The translations under genes were made by a program, and so were the position numbers. Below the pieces are notes generated by a model. It was not told the origin of the DNA and made no database searches. It was given only the letters and a program-made list of their open reading frames with translations. A DNA stretch of 64,000 nucleotides from IMG/VR virus record IMGVR_UViG_3300042387_001967. One strand, given 5' to 3'. Below, one piece after another: positions 51,499 to 61,397 of the stretch; within the stretch, counting starts at the first letter, position 1; each line of letters opens with the position of its first letter. The stretch is from a virus.

Positions 51499-53964
51499 GT
51501 GCGCATCATTACGGCAATCGACTTTCTGGGCATCCCAGTCACTCCACTGGACACGTGGTCACATCAGCTGGTGTGTCCGTGGTGTCATGAGGATGCCTGG
51601 GCCGTCTCGGACTACCTCCAGTGCTACAATCCCACATGCACAACGCAGGCGGCGACAGCGGAGGATCTGCTCGCGCATCAGTTCGGCAGCTACGAGCAGG
51701 CCGCTCAAATCATGGCTCAAAAATATAAGCACGAGCCGGACTTTCAGAGGGCGAAAAGCCGCGAGGCGGAGCGCCTGGTGCTGGACACGTGGTTGCGGTT
51801 CTGCGTCACGCCGCCGACGAACGAAGCGCTGCAGGCAGCGGGCCGGCTGCAAGCCAGTGGTTACGGCATACGCAGCAGCCGTTTCGGCGCCATCGTGTTG
51901 GACTCCAATCAGATCAAGCAGCTCGTCGACGTGGCCATGTCCACCGGGGCGGAAGTTCCCGAGGCGTGGCAAAAAACACCACCATCGGTCGTCCGAGCGT
52001 TCTGTGTGCAGACGCGCCCGCACACCGTGGACCGCATCATCATCATGCACCACAGCGGACGCACCGAGGAGATTATCTGGTACTCGCACGCCGCGGGGTT
52101 CTGTTCGCTGCTGGGGTTGCGCCCGAACCAGCCGCGCCTTCTGGCTGCCGACATCGAGACGGCGCTGAAGCTTCAGCACGATCTGACCGCGGTTGGCAAA
52201 TCGGAGGAGGTAGCCTGCATCCACCTGGACCTGCACCGCGGAGACCCGTGCCCGCGATGGGAAGTGCAGGAGCATCTGCTGACGGCGGTGCCACGTCACT
52301 GCGCAACGAGTTCGAACGCGAAGTTTTTCGGACCCAACGACATCGTGCGGATACAGAACGCGATGGACCACTTCCCGGGCGCGGAGGGTAGCGTGCGAGG
52401 TCTGCCGATCGACCATGTCATCAATCTGCGTCCGCGCGAGCAAGCGGTGGCTTGGTCATCGCTGCGCTTCGCCATGATCGCCAGCATGGTGCCGTCGACG
52501 GTCGCGCAGATGCCGCCGGCCGCCGCCAGCATCTTCGAGCAGACTGGCACCAAGGCCGAGGACGCAGCGGCACTCATCGACTGTTACGCCAAGCAGGGAC
52601 GTCAGCGCCTGGTGGAGGACGTGGAGATGCTGGCAATGACACGCGTGATCCAGCGCGACAGGTCGATGACCGTAAAGGAGACGGCAAACGACTACCGCAT
52701 CATTCGCGGGGCTGACACAGCCCTGCTGACCAACTTCAGCCTGCGCATCACCTCGAACGTCACGTTCCGCAACCACAAGGCCGACCGCTACTGCCAGGCC
52801 ACGATGCGCTGCGGCAAGGCCGTCGTGGACGTCATCTTTCCGCAGACGCTGCTCAACGACCGCGTGCAAAGCCTGGAGGGAGAACTGCAGCGTCAGATCA
52901 CCGTGGCAGACATGGTGACTCAGGCCGGCAGAATGCCGACAGTCATCGAGATCAACAAGTTCAGGCAGTTCGTCGTCCCGCATCTGCGCACACAGGCGGC
53001 CAAGGCCAAACCGATCCGGGGCGTCGACATGCTCGGGTGGAGCGACAACCGCAAGTCGTTCATGTTCCCCGGCTTCGTCGTGACGGCGAACGGGACGGAA
53101 GCTGCCAGCCAGATTCTCTGTCCGTCCGTGCCTGTGCTGTCCCGATACAAGGCCATCCCGCTTGCGGGCTGGTCCGAGAGCTGCCCGGCGAATCTGGACT
53201 CTGCCTGCCACGACATCATCGCCATGATGGTGGCATCCAGTGTCCGATATTTCCGCCGGTGCATCACGCAGCCGATCATGATCGCGCAGAACTCAGCTGC
53301 GATGACCTTGCTGGACCGCCTGAGCACCGCGATGGGGCAGCACGAAATTCATACGCTGAACAGCAACGCCAGAGAGGGCAGCCGCATCGAGGGAATCTAC
53401 GGTTACCCGCTGCTGGCCGCGGGCGCCCGCAACGCAGGCCTGGCAGATTCGCAGACGCCGTTCCTGCATCTGACCGACAGCGGATACAGCATGTCCACTC
53501 CTACCGAGCCGCAGCAGGCGGCCGCCGCGGGCCGCGCAGCGCAGTTCTGTCTGAAGAAGGTGGTGGAGTGGTGCCTGGCGACCGGCGGCGACGCGTTCCA
53601 GGAGGTGCCGGCGTTGATCCATTACCACTCCCTGCTGCGCGAAGGCCGCTGGCTGATCGAGCAGGTGTGCGGACTCAATGGTTGGACTGTCTCACACCTG
53701 GAAGCGACCGCGCTGGAAAAGCTGCTCGCGCAGATACCATATGCCGAGGCCGGACGCCGCATCACACTCATCGACGGACAGGATCTCAGCATCGACATCC
53801 GCGGACTCGATCATGACCACGACGGTATTCTTCGGGAGGCGCGCGACATGGGCACCATCATCGCCATCAACGAGGATCAGCTGGCATCGTCCGCGGTCCG
53901 GCTACTGCCGGCCATCGCAACCTACTACGGGCAGGAGCCGGACGTCACTGTTGTGGTGTCGTGA
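51499..53964 (+). CDS. Large hypothetical protein with N-terminal Zn ribbon
   Basis: 821 aa, CPWC...CYNPTC; GTG start preceded by GATAATGCCAAACA. Confidence 0.7.
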   Translation: MRIITAIDFLGIPVTPLDTWSHQLVCPWCHEDAWAVSDYLQCYNPTCTTQAATAEDLLAHQFGSYEQAAQIMAQKYKHEPDFQRAKSREAERLVLDTWLRFCVTPPTNEALQAAGRLQASGYGIRSSRFGAIVLDSNQIKQLVDVAMSTGAEVPEAWQKTPPSVVRAFCVQTRPHTVDRIIIMHHSGRTEEIIWYSHAAGFCSLLGLRPNQPRLLAADIETALKLQHDLTAVGKSEEVACIHLDLHRGDPCPRWEVQEHLLTAVPRHCATSSNAKFFGPNDIVRIQNAMDHFPGAEGSVRGLPIDHVINLRPREQAVAWSSLRFAMIASMVPSTVAQMPPAAASIFEQTGTKAEDAAALIDCYAKQGRQRLVEDVEMLAMTRVIQRDRSMTVKETANDYRIIRGADTALLTNFSLRITSNVTFRNHKADRYCQATMRCGKAVVDVIFPQTLLNDRVQSLEGELQRQITVADMVTQAGRMPTVIEINKFRQFVVPHLRTQAAKAKPIRGVDMLGWSDNRKSFMFPGFVVTANGTEAASQILCPSVPVLSRYKAIPLAGWSESCPANLDSACHDIIAMMVASSVRYFRRCITQPIMIAQNSAAMTLLDRLSTAMGQHEIHTLNSNAREGSRIEGIYGYPLLAAGARNAGLADSQTPFLHLTDSGYSMSTPTEPQQAAAAGRAAQFCLKKVVEWCLATGGDAFQEVPALIHYHSLLREGRWLIEQVCGLNGWTVSHLEATALEKLLAQIPYAEAGRRITLIDGQDLSIDIRGLDHDHDGILREARDMGTIIAINEDQLASSAVRLLPAIATYYGQEPDVTVVVS

Positions 53965-54337
53965 CTGCGCACCAGCAGTCGTAACACCACACCCCAGCCA
54001 GCATGAGCCAGCGCCGACACCGTGTGACTCTCGGTGACTGCTTCAGCTGCGTGTGCATCCATTTGCGCGCGACGTCGCGCGGAAATCCCATGTCCAGCAT
54101 GCGGTCATGTAGCAGCGCAGCCGGTGCGTGCGCTCCGATCTGAGACAGCAGCGACTGCAGAAACCACGGCACGGATGCGATGTCGGTTCTCCAGCCGACA
54201 GGGAACGACAGCATGCAACCTCCGACTCCCAACTCCACCTCCCCGGCTGCGGTGCAGACGAGAGTTCGGTAGTATTCGTCGTTCACCAGGCTGAACACCG
54301 GGCGGGTCTTCCACGTGATGTGCGTGTTCGGATCCAT
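53945..54337 (-). CDS. DUF1353-like protein
   Basis: GWRTDIASVPW...AALLHD. Confidence 0.75.
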   Translation of the reverse strand: MDPNTHITWKTRPVFSLVNDEYYRTLVCTAAGEVELGVGGCMLSFPVGWRTDIASVPWFLQSLLSQIGAHAPAALLHDRMLDMGFPRDVARKWMHTQLKQSPRVTRCRRWLMLAGVWCYDCWCAVTTPQQ

Positions 54338-54339
54338 CG

Positions 54340-54552
54340 CTACGATGACGCGATAGTAAAGCCCAGCGGCAGTCCGCTGATGCTCAGGATCACATCATCG
54401 ACCGCCAACTGATTCGTCAGCAGCGTTCCGCCAGTCAGCGTCATCGGCCCCTTCAGTGCGAAGTCGCGCCGCATGGGAGGCGCGACCAAAGATCCGTCCT
54501 GTCGCCGGCTGTCGATGGTCATCAGATCCTCGATGGCGAGATGCTCGTTCAT
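54340..54552 (-). CDS. Small hypothetical protein
   Basis: 70 aa; ATGA overlap. Confidence 0.5.
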   Translation of the reverse strand: MNEHLAIEDLMTIDSRRQDGSLVAPPMRRDFALKGPMTLTGGTLLTNQLAVDDVILSISGLPLGFTIASS

Positions 54553-54941
54553 GCCTCCTCGGGTTCGATGATGATCTGCTCCGTGATGGAAAGCGATTCC
54601 GCAGCCTGCAAATTGTTGGCCAGATCTTGCACCATCATCTCGACCTTCTCCACAAACTCCTCCGCGGCCTTCGCGCTGCGGCAGAGTTTCGTCACCGTGG
54701 ACACCCGGTAATACGGGCTTCCCTCCGCGGGCTCCGACTCCGGCAGATCAGTCATCTGGATGGCGCTGGCGATGCAGGACAGGCTGTCCGCGGACACGTC
54801 CGGCTGTGGCGATGCCTGCATCACGAAGATGAACGCAGGCTCGTCGTTCCATGTGTAGAGCGCGGTGTAGCGCACCGGCCACAAGTGCCGGTTGTTGATC
54901 ACATCCTCGTCGCTTATTTCTTCTCTCGTCAGTTTGAACAT
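54549..54941 (-). CDS. Hypothetical protein, possibly tail/baseplate
   Basis: 130 aa in the baseplate operon. Confidence 0.55.
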   Translation of the reverse strand: MFKLTREEISDEDVINNRHLWPVRYTALYTWNDEPAFIFVMQASPQPDVSADSLSCIASAIQMTDLPESEPAEGSPYYRVSTVTKLCRSAKAAEEFVEKVEMMVQDLANNLQAAESLSITEQIIIEPEEA

Positions 54942-54961
54942 GTGGCGGGTGGGTTGCTGTC

Positions 54962-55156
54962 CTAGTCGCCAGCGACGGCAAGAGGCTGACCGGAGATCGT
55001 GAAGATGTAGTTCGGACCGCCTGGCGTGGTGGGAGAGACGGCAAAAGTGAAATTCTCAGCGCCAGGGTCGGATATCAACGCTCTCACGTATTGTCCGCGC
55101 TCATCCAACAGCGGCGCTCCGAATGAGTTTTCAGGTGGTGTCAGCAGCAGATTCAT
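54962..55156 (-). CDS. Small hypothetical protein
   Basis: 64 aa; ATGA overlap. Confidence 0.5.
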   Translation of the reverse strand: MNLLLTPPENSFGAPLLDERGQYVRALISDPGAENFTFAVSPTTPGGPNYIFTISGQPLAVAGD

Positions 55157-56538
55157 AGCGGCAGCGGTTTGATGCTGACGAGAATGTTACACGACTTCGG
55201 CCGGTGTTCGAACAAAAACCGCCACAGCCGGCTGTTGATTGGGGGTCCGTGATCGGCAGCCACAGCCAGCGCAAGCCGGCTGCCGTAGAACGTGTGCAGC
55301 ATCTCCCAGAAATTCACGCTGTGTGGAAACGACGGAGCGCCCAGTTCCTCATGCAGGAAGACTCCGGTCGCGCGCTCGTGCAAGGCCGAGAATTCCCAGT
55401 AGCGCTCCTGCACCGCAGTGTCGCCGTCGAACATCAAGCGGGCATGCGTCTTACCATTGTGGGGCCCGGGTTCTGGGTTGGTGCCGCCGTCAGTCAGCAT
55501 GACTTCGCTGACGCCGTCCCAGGTCAGCCCGTTTACAGGCAGGATGCCGTCGAGCGTGATCGGATGGTCCCATCCGGAAAACATCTGCTTTCGAAGATCC
55601 TCGGTGCTGGCGTGCCTGGTGTTCACCAGCTCGAACTTATCGCAGACGATGTAGCCCGGCTCCACGGTTTGGCCCGGCGTGAGATGGACGTGCGGATAGG
55701 CGATCTCAATCGCCCCGGCGGACGCGGTGGCGTAGACCATGGTGTCGACACCACTGACCGCGTGCGCTGAGAGCACCACGTCGGCTGAGTGAAAGACGTA
55801 GAGACCGGCATACTCCGCCGCGGCCCTTTTGTAAGCCTCCAGCGACTGCGTCTTGTAGGTGTAATCGGCCACCCACTTGCTGCGCGTCAGCTGCGCAGGC
55901 GCGGACAGCACGAACCGGTTGACCGACGCGGTCTTCACATACGCGGAGTTTACCTTCACCACGCCCCTGGGCATCACCAGAGTCGGCAGATCGATCATGG
56001 CGATGTAACCTTCGAAGGCCAGGAAATCCACACCCTGCACCAGATACTCCCCTGCATTCAGACCCTGAATAACGATCGGCAGGATGTGCGACGGCACGGG
56101 AACCAGATACCAGTCACGACTCTGGTCTGCCAGGAACATGTCCTGGTCCTCCTCGACCTTCGCGACGAACTCGAGCGACAGGCGCGCAAGTTTCGTCGCC
56201 AACGGATCGGCGCTGTAGCCGCCAGCCCCGGACCGGTAGCCGGCGTAGATCGGCGTGCCGTCCGGCATGACGACGCGCCGGTGGCTATACTCCCGCTGCT
56301 TCTTGCCGATGACTGCGAATTCGCCGTCCGTAAATTGGAAGTAGACATCCTCCACGAGCACGCGCTCGCTGTTCAGCGCGGCGGCCGCCGCCTGATCCAG
56401 CTGGGCAAGCAGCGATGCGCCGCCTGCCGCGCTCACGATGGCGCGGATGATCTGACGGGTGGGCCCGTCGACCTGGCTCTCCCAGAGCGAACCCTGCCCG
56501 CCGTATAATTTGTGCCGCAGATCGTAGTCGGCTTTCAT
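55153..56538 (-). CDS. Putative baseplate wedge protein
   Basis: 461 aa directly downstream of the baseplate-J-like gene; assigned mainly from context. Confidence 0.5.
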   Translation of the reverse strand: MKADYDLRHKLYGGQGSLWESQVDGPTRQIIRAIVSAAGGASLLAQLDQAAAAALNSERVLVEDVYFQFTDGEFAVIGKKQREYSHRRVVMPDGTPIYAGYRSGAGGYSADPLATKLARLSLEFVAKVEEDQDMFLADQSRDWYLVPVPSHILPIVIQGLNAGEYLVQGVDFLAFEGYIAMIDLPTLVMPRGVVKVNSAYVKTASVNRFVLSAPAQLTRSKWVADYTYKTQSLEAYKRAAAEYAGLYVFHSADVVLSAHAVSGVDTMVYATASAGAIEIAYPHVHLTPGQTVEPGYIVCDKFELVNTRHASTEDLRKQMFSGWDHPITLDGILPVNGLTWDGVSEVMLTDGGTNPEPGPHNGKTHARLMFDGDTAVQERYWEFSALHERATGVFLHEELGAPSFPHSVNFWEMLHTFYGSRLALAVAADHGPPINSRLWRFLFEHRPKSCNILVSIKPLPL

Positions 56539-56539
56539 G

Positions 56540-58294
56540 TCAGGCGGTTTCGACGAAGCTCACGTTCTCAGGATCGACAGCGTAACGCACGGTGCGGTTG
56601 GTTGCTGCCCAGGCGTCGGCAGGTCCTCCCGGTGAGATCTCCCCGTCGACGATCTCATACGGATTGTTGACCGTCGCGATGTCCGTAAACGTGGGGATGT
56701 AGAGCGCGTCCGATTCCGTCGCCCAGTCCGCCGTGATGTCCGCATCACCAGGATCAGCGATCGCGACGCGCAGCAAGCGTGAAGCTGCCGAGACCAGTAT
56801 GCGCCCAGCGACGCCCACCGCGATGATTTTGTCCGCTCCGGCGTTGCGCATGATGTCGTAGATCTCCGTCACGCGAAAATCATCCGGGTGGCCAGCGGTG
56901 CGGAGATACTCCACGATCTTGTCCCTGGCCACGCTGAGCAGCGTCTTCACTCCCTGCTTCTTCACATACGTGATTTCGAGATCATCGAGGACAAGCAGCG
57001 GGCCGGACTTCACGAGCACGTCCACGCCGGCCGGTCGATACTCCGGCGACTCGAGCAACGACGACACCGTTTCGAGCAGCGGATCAGCGTCGTAGGTGAT
57101 GGTGAAAATGGCATACTGATCGCCGTCATCCTCGCTCAGCGGAATCAGCGGCACGTCCAAACCGTCCACGATCGGCACCAGCGACAAGTAGAGCGACTCG
57201 AACCGCGTTCCGCAGTGCAGGCTGCCGTAGAGATCGGCGCGATCGGTTTTGCTGAACACCGCATAAGAACTCACCAGCGACTCGGTCGTGGTGCCGGACC
57301 ACTCGATGCTGACGATCCGCGACGCGCGGTGAAGCAACGGCAGCAGGCCGCGGAACACTTTGTCCCCGACCGACGGTTGCACGTAGTCCAGGCGGACGCT
57401 CTGCGTGATGCGCTGCATGTCCCGAGCCGACCGGAAGTAGACGTCGACGGAGGGCGCCGTCAGCGCGAGCGCCGAACCTGCGGCGATTCGCTGCATCTCA
57501 GCGTCGCTCGGGACGATAGGTGAGACCATGTTGGACTCCGGCCAGTTGCGATACACCAGCGCCTTCGTGGACGCGCGCGACCCGGACGTCAGCGAGCAGG
57601 CGATCTTGCGCGCCGTGCGCGCCAAGTCAGACAGTGTAGCTGACGGCACGCCCGACGTGAAAGTGATGGCCGCCGCAATGCCGACGAGCGTCGTCGCGAT
57701 CTCAGTGGCTGCGCCTTCCGTGCCGATTTCGATTGGCGCGCTCAGTGTGCCTTCCACCGGCAAGTCCACCGCCCAAGTGTTGGCGGTCGTCTGCGCCAGA
57801 ATGTAGGTGTCAGCCGCCCCGGTGTGCGTGCTGCCGGCGGCCAGTATCTGGACGTAGGTGGCGTCCGGGTTGACCGCCTTCAGAACCCAATCGTCGTCAG
57901 CGGCGAAGCGGAAGCGAATCGTGCGATCCAAACTGACGGCGTTTGGACTCGAGAAGGTCAGACGCACCAGACCAAACGCCCGCAGGTTCTCCACGTCGTA
58001 GACCCCGAAATTCCCGAGGTAGGCCTTCACAAACTCGCATGAGTAGATCAGCCCTTCGGCGACGTTGCCCAGGTCCAGGTCGCTCATGAACCTGCTGTGC
58101 GCTTCGTTCGTGGCTGCCCTGCGCAGTGCCAGCGGGGTGATGACGAGATCGCCGGTCGGCGTACCTGGCGCCAGGTCCACGTCGGGCATGGCGGGACGCA
58201 ACTCGGCCACCTCTTCCGCGCGCGCAGCAGCGATCTGCTCCGGCGTCAGTTCCGCCACGGATGGGTAATACTCTTTGGTGAAGCTCAGGTTCAT
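56540..58294 (-). CDS. Baseplate J-like protein
   Basis: ELRPAMPDVDLAPGTPTGDLVITPLA N-terminus, YLGNFGV...AFGLVRLTF, RPAGVDVLVK C-terminal pattern. Confidence 0.65.
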   Translation of the reverse strand: MNLSFTKEYYPSVAELTPEQIAAARAEEVAELRPAMPDVDLAPGTPTGDLVITPLALRRAATNEAHSRFMSDLDLGNVAEGLIYSCEFVKAYLGNFGVYDVENLRAFGLVRLTFSSPNAVSLDRTIRFRFAADDDWVLKAVNPDATYVQILAAGSTHTGAADTYILAQTTANTWAVDLPVEGTLSAPIEIGTEGAATEIATTLVGIAAAITFTSGVPSATLSDLARTARKIACSLTSGSRASTKALVYRNWPESNMVSPIVPSDAEMQRIAAGSALALTAPSVDVYFRSARDMQRITQSVRLDYVQPSVGDKVFRGLLPLLHRASRIVSIEWSGTTTESLVSSYAVFSKTDRADLYGSLHCGTRFESLYLSLVPIVDGLDVPLIPLSEDDGDQYAIFTITYDADPLLETVSSLLESPEYRPAGVDVLVKSGPLLVLDDLEITYVKKQGVKTLLSVARDKIVEYLRTAGHPDDFRVTEIYDIMRNAGADKIIAVGVAGRILVSAASRLLRVAIADPGDADITADWATESDALYIPTFTDIATVNNPYEIVDGEISPGGPADAWAATNRTVRYAVDPENVSFVETA

Positions 58295-58692
58295 TCGATG
58301 GATTTGATTTCCTGCGTGGTTTGTCCAGCGCGATTGGTCACGGTGATACCCACCTGCGCCACGTTGTCTTTGACGGTGATCAGCGTGGTTTTTATGCTGG
58401 CTACGCTGTCGGCCGCCGCGCGCGCAGGTTCGTCGTAGAGCAGCATGTCGCTGCGCGCCTTCAGCGCGCCGAAGTTCAGGATGTGCTGCAGGCCCAGCAT
58501 GTCAAACGCGCCGTAGCTGAAAAGCGTGCGCGCCACTTCCGTGCCTCGGTCCGGCAGCAGCTTGTCGGACCCGAGCTGAGTCAGCAGCGAAACGCTGACG
58601 CGCTGCGCGACCGCAGCCATCCCATCCACTGAGCTGCCCCAGTCGATCGCCACTTTATTGGCTCCGCCGAAATTGATCTTGAGTGCTCTCAT
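58291..58692 (-). CDS. gp25-like baseplate wedge protein
   Basis: GMAAVAQRVSVSLLTQLGSDKLLPDRGT, 133 aa, upstream of the J-like gene. Confidence 0.6.
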   Translation of the reverse strand: MRALKINFGGANKVAIDWGSSVDGMAAVAQRVSVSLLTQLGSDKLLPDRGTEVARTLFSYGAFDMLGLQHILNFGALKARSDMLLYDEPARAAADSVASIKTTLITVKDNVAQVGITVTNRAGQTTQEIKSIE

Positions 58693-59015
58693 GCGTAGTT
58701 GTTGCCGTCCTGGATCTGACCGCCCCCGTCGTAGATGGATCTCAGGCATTGGCTCATGCCGAAAATCTGCAGGTAAGGAGCGGAAGCCACAGCGTAGCGC
58801 GCGTCCCGCGCGACCGCCAGCTTGAAGCGCCGGACCATCGAAGAGTCGCCGTCGGCCGGCTTCACGTCAGCGAAACTGAGTCGCTCCTGCATCGTCGCGC
58901 CGCCGCTGCCTGAGAACTCGAAAGGACCGCTTGGCAGGCGACCCTGCAGTTCCTGCCGGTGCTCTTGGAATGCGCGCGTGCGTGCGCGTTCATCTGCGAG
59001 CGCGTGCCCTTTCAT
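58689..59015 (-). CDS. Hypothetical protein
   Basis: 108 aa; ATGA overlaps on both sides. Confidence 0.55.
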   Translation of the reverse strand: MKGHALADERARTRAFQEHRQELQGRLPSGPFEFSGSGGATMQERLSFADVKPADGDSSMVRRFKLAVARDARYAVASAPYLQIFGMSQCLRSIYDGGGQIQDGNNYA

Positions 59016-59740
59016 GCGTGTGCGCCCTCGATTTGACCTTCCATGTCCTGCATCTTCAGGCCGATGCGGTCCGAGCGGCGGGTCACCTGAGACGGCGAGA
59101 TCCCGAGCTGCGCGGCGATGACATTCTTCGCCAGCAGCGGCGATCCGCCGTAGCCAGTCGTGTGCTCGATAATCTTGCGGTCGACGCGGTCGGACGTGTC
59201 GTAGACATACTCCAGAGCCTCACCCAGGAAGTCCGGCATGTCGTGCCCTTCGTCATACATCTGCGAGGACGCCGCCACCGGCCTGGTGATCTTGCGCACC
59301 GCGGCGATGCGCTTCACGGACAGCCCGGAGCGGTCCGCCAGCTGCTTCACGTCCGGGTCGAACCCGAGCTCGTCCTGCAGTTCCCTCGATGAGCGTTCGA
59401 TTGCCCAGGCATCGATCGCGGCGCGATCCGGAACCTTCACCGGCCCCTGACTCTCGCGGCGGTAGCGCTGCAGCGACTGCAGCTGGTTCTGCGTCCATGT
59501 GCGCAGGTTGACGCCAGCGCCCGGACTGAATTTCCGAACGGCGTCCGCCGCATACAGCCGCGCCTGGTGCCGCATCTGCGGGTTCACGCTCACGCCCATG
59601 GAGGACAGCTTGAAGCTGATCGTAGGGTCGAGCGAGCGCACCACGCGGTTCATGTTGTCCGGCGTCGGATCCTTGCGCCACGCGCCGTAGAGCGCCTCTG
59701 ACGAAGTCGGCAGCGGGGACGTTGGAATATCTGGAGTCAC
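59012..59740 (-). CDS. Sigma70-family sigma factor-like protein
   Basis: Region 2 AVRKFSPGAGVNLRTW, VKVP, region 3 HTH ELGFDPDVKQLADRSGLSVKRI, region 4 HTH IAAQLGISPSQVTR. GTG 59740 chosen; track start is 59776. Confidence 0.7.
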   Translation of the reverse strand: MTPDIPTSPLPTSSEALYGAWRKDPTPDNMNRVVRSLDPTISFKLSSMGVSVNPQMRHQARLYAADAVRKFSPGAGVNLRTWTQNQLQSLQRYRRESQGPVKVPDRAAIDAWAIERSSRELQDELGFDPDVKQLADRSGLSVKRIAAVRKITRPVAASSQMYDEGHDMPDFLGEALEYVYDTSDRVDRKIIEHTTGYGGSPLLAKNVIAAQLGISPSQVTRRSDRIGLKMQDMEGQIEGAHA

Positions 59741-59750
59741 GGGTATCAGT

Positions 59751-59933
59751 CTATACGCTTTGCTGCGGCTTGTCACGCTTGAGCCGCTCGCTCAGCATGT
59801 AGCGAAATCGCTCATGCACTTTGCGCACGGCGCACTTGCTGCATCCCCCTCCTCGGGAATGCAAGGCGGACTGCAGCTCCGCGTGGTAGCGTTTCTCAAG
59901 TTCCGGGTAGCGCGCGATACCCGGAACGCTCAC
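59751..59933 (-). CDS. Small CxxC protein, paralog of the upstream gene C-terminus
   Basis: PG...EL...Y.......GG.CSKC. Confidence 0.55.
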   Translation of the reverse strand: MSVPGIARYPELEKRYHAELQSALHSRGGGCSKCAVRKVHERFRYMLSERLKRDKPQQSV

Positions 59934-60307
59934 AGCAGGCCCTTCGCCTCGAGCTTCCCCCGGAACGCGCGGATCAACTTTCCGACCTCGCAGCTGGGGC
60001 AGGGTGCGCCGCCGTAGCTCGACACGAGCTTCCGCTTCGCGGCGAAGAATTCCTCGCGAAGTTCCTCGCTTCCAGGAATCGGATTGACGTCCACTTGTTC
60101 CGTCACCCAGCGTCCGACAACCTGCGCCTTGCGGCGCTCAGGCGACGTCTCCTGCGTGGGGGTCGCGCGCCCTTCGGCGACGTGATCGAGCGCGGTCATG
60201 TCGGCATACTCCGCGATGACGGTGAGTTCCGCGTCGAGCTCGATCGTGTAGGGCACGCGCTGGTCGCCCTTCATCCGGAATATCCTCAGTTTGCGTGGTG
60301 CTGGCAT
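59930..60307 (-). CDS. CxxC hypothetical protein
   Basis: MPAPRKLRIF...PGSEELREEF....GGAPCPSC. Confidence 0.55.
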   Translation of the reverse strand: MPAPRKLRIFRMKGDQRVPYTIELDAELTVIAEYADMTALDHVAEGRATPTQETSPERRKAQVVGRWVTEQVDVNPIPGSEELREEFFAAKRKLVSSYGGAPCPSCEVGKLIRAFRGKLEAKGLL

Positions 60308-60312
60308 GGGTG

Positions 60313-60681
60313 TTAGATGTGGTGGAACAGGCGGTGGCCGATCCAGGCTGCGGTCGCCCATATCAGCGGCACGAGAAAGATTGGCAAGAAGAAACCGGCG
60401 ACGCCGAACAGCGTCCCGACCGCGGCGACATGCGCGGACAGGCAGCCTGGACATCCGAGGACGCCACGAATGAACCCGGGGGCGTTGGACTCGGCCGCCA
60501 GGAACATCTCGAAGTCCTCCGTGTTGAGCGTCAGGATGTCCTCGCGCGTCCGGTCCGCGCGCCACGATTTCGGAAACACGTAGGCGAACAGCGCGTGACG
60601 CAGCTCGCCCTTGAAGAACCAGTGGAGCCAGGCGGCGGTCCAGCCGGCGACGAGGAACAGAATGAAGACGATGGTGAGCAT
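60313..60681 (-). CDS. Small membrane protein with CPGC motif
   Basis: Hydrophobic segments flanking LGCPGCLSAH. Confidence 0.55.
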   Translation of the reverse strand: MLTIVFILFLVAGWTAAWLHWFFKGELRHALFAYVFPKSWRADRTREDILTLNTEDFEMFLAAESNAPGFIRGVLGCPGCLSAHVAAVGTLFGVAGFFLPIFLVPLIWATAAWIGHRLFHHI

Positions 60682-60745
60682 GGGGAAAGATTTACCGGAT
60701 GCGCGGAGCGACGCAAGCACGATTATGACCAGCGACTAGAGCTCT

Positions 60746-61354
60746 TTATGTTAAACTTTCAAATTCCTCACATATTCTTCTTATGTCTTCTTCTGTGAAT
60801 TGCTTTTTCAAATGCGTGTTCTCCTTCAGGCATCGCGGCGGTGTCCCAACATACAAACCGAAGCATTTTGGGTTCACCTTTTTGGTGATGACAGTACCCA
60901 TTCCTATCATACTCCCGCTGCCTATCCTTGAGTATTGGTGACACATGCTACCAATTCCCATATTAACGTAACGCCCGATCATGGAGTGCCCGGCTATTAT
61001 GACATTACACGACAGTATGGCATTACTCATTATTGTTGAGTCATGCCCTACGTGGCTGGCTTTAAGCATGAGTATGTGATCCATCAGCTTTGTTGGTTTT
61101 TCACAACCCGCGTTTATAGTCACATACTCTCTAAAGATGTTGTCATCTCCTATGATGACCCCTTTGTTGGGCTTGCCAAAATAAGCCTTGTGTTCTGGCT
61201 CGGTGCCGACAGAACAAAAGGCTTCAAATCTGTTGTTGTGACCAATCAAGGTATCTCCGGTGATATAACAAAAAGCGCCAACGTAATTACCGTGACCCAA
61301 TTTCACACCATCGCCGATCACAGCGGTCGGGTGTATGTAGTTTGCTTTGTCCAT
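60746..61354 (-). CDS. LpxA-like left-handed beta-helix acyltransferase
   Basis: IHPTAVI, hexapeptide repeats, FREYVTIN, SHVGHD (LpxA HxxHD), CHQY; visibly AT-richer than the rest of the window. Confidence 0.8.
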   Translation of the reverse strand: MDKANYIHPTAVIGDGVKLGHGNYVGAFCYITGDTLIGHNNRFEAFCSVGTEPEHKAYFGKPNKGVIIGDDNIFREYVTINAGCEKPTKLMDHILMLKASHVGHDSTIMSNAILSCNVIIAGHSMIGRYVNMGIGSMCHQYSRIGSGSMIGMGTVITKKVNPKCFGLYVGTPPRCLKENTHLKKQFTEEDIRRICEEFESLT

Positions 61355-61397
61355 CGTGTTCAGGTCTTTATATTACGCATTATTGGTAAAGGAGCAG

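Noticed and set aside
51499-53964. RNAP beta' catalytic subunit
   Set aside because: No NADFDGD-like motif in this or any other listed ORF of the window.
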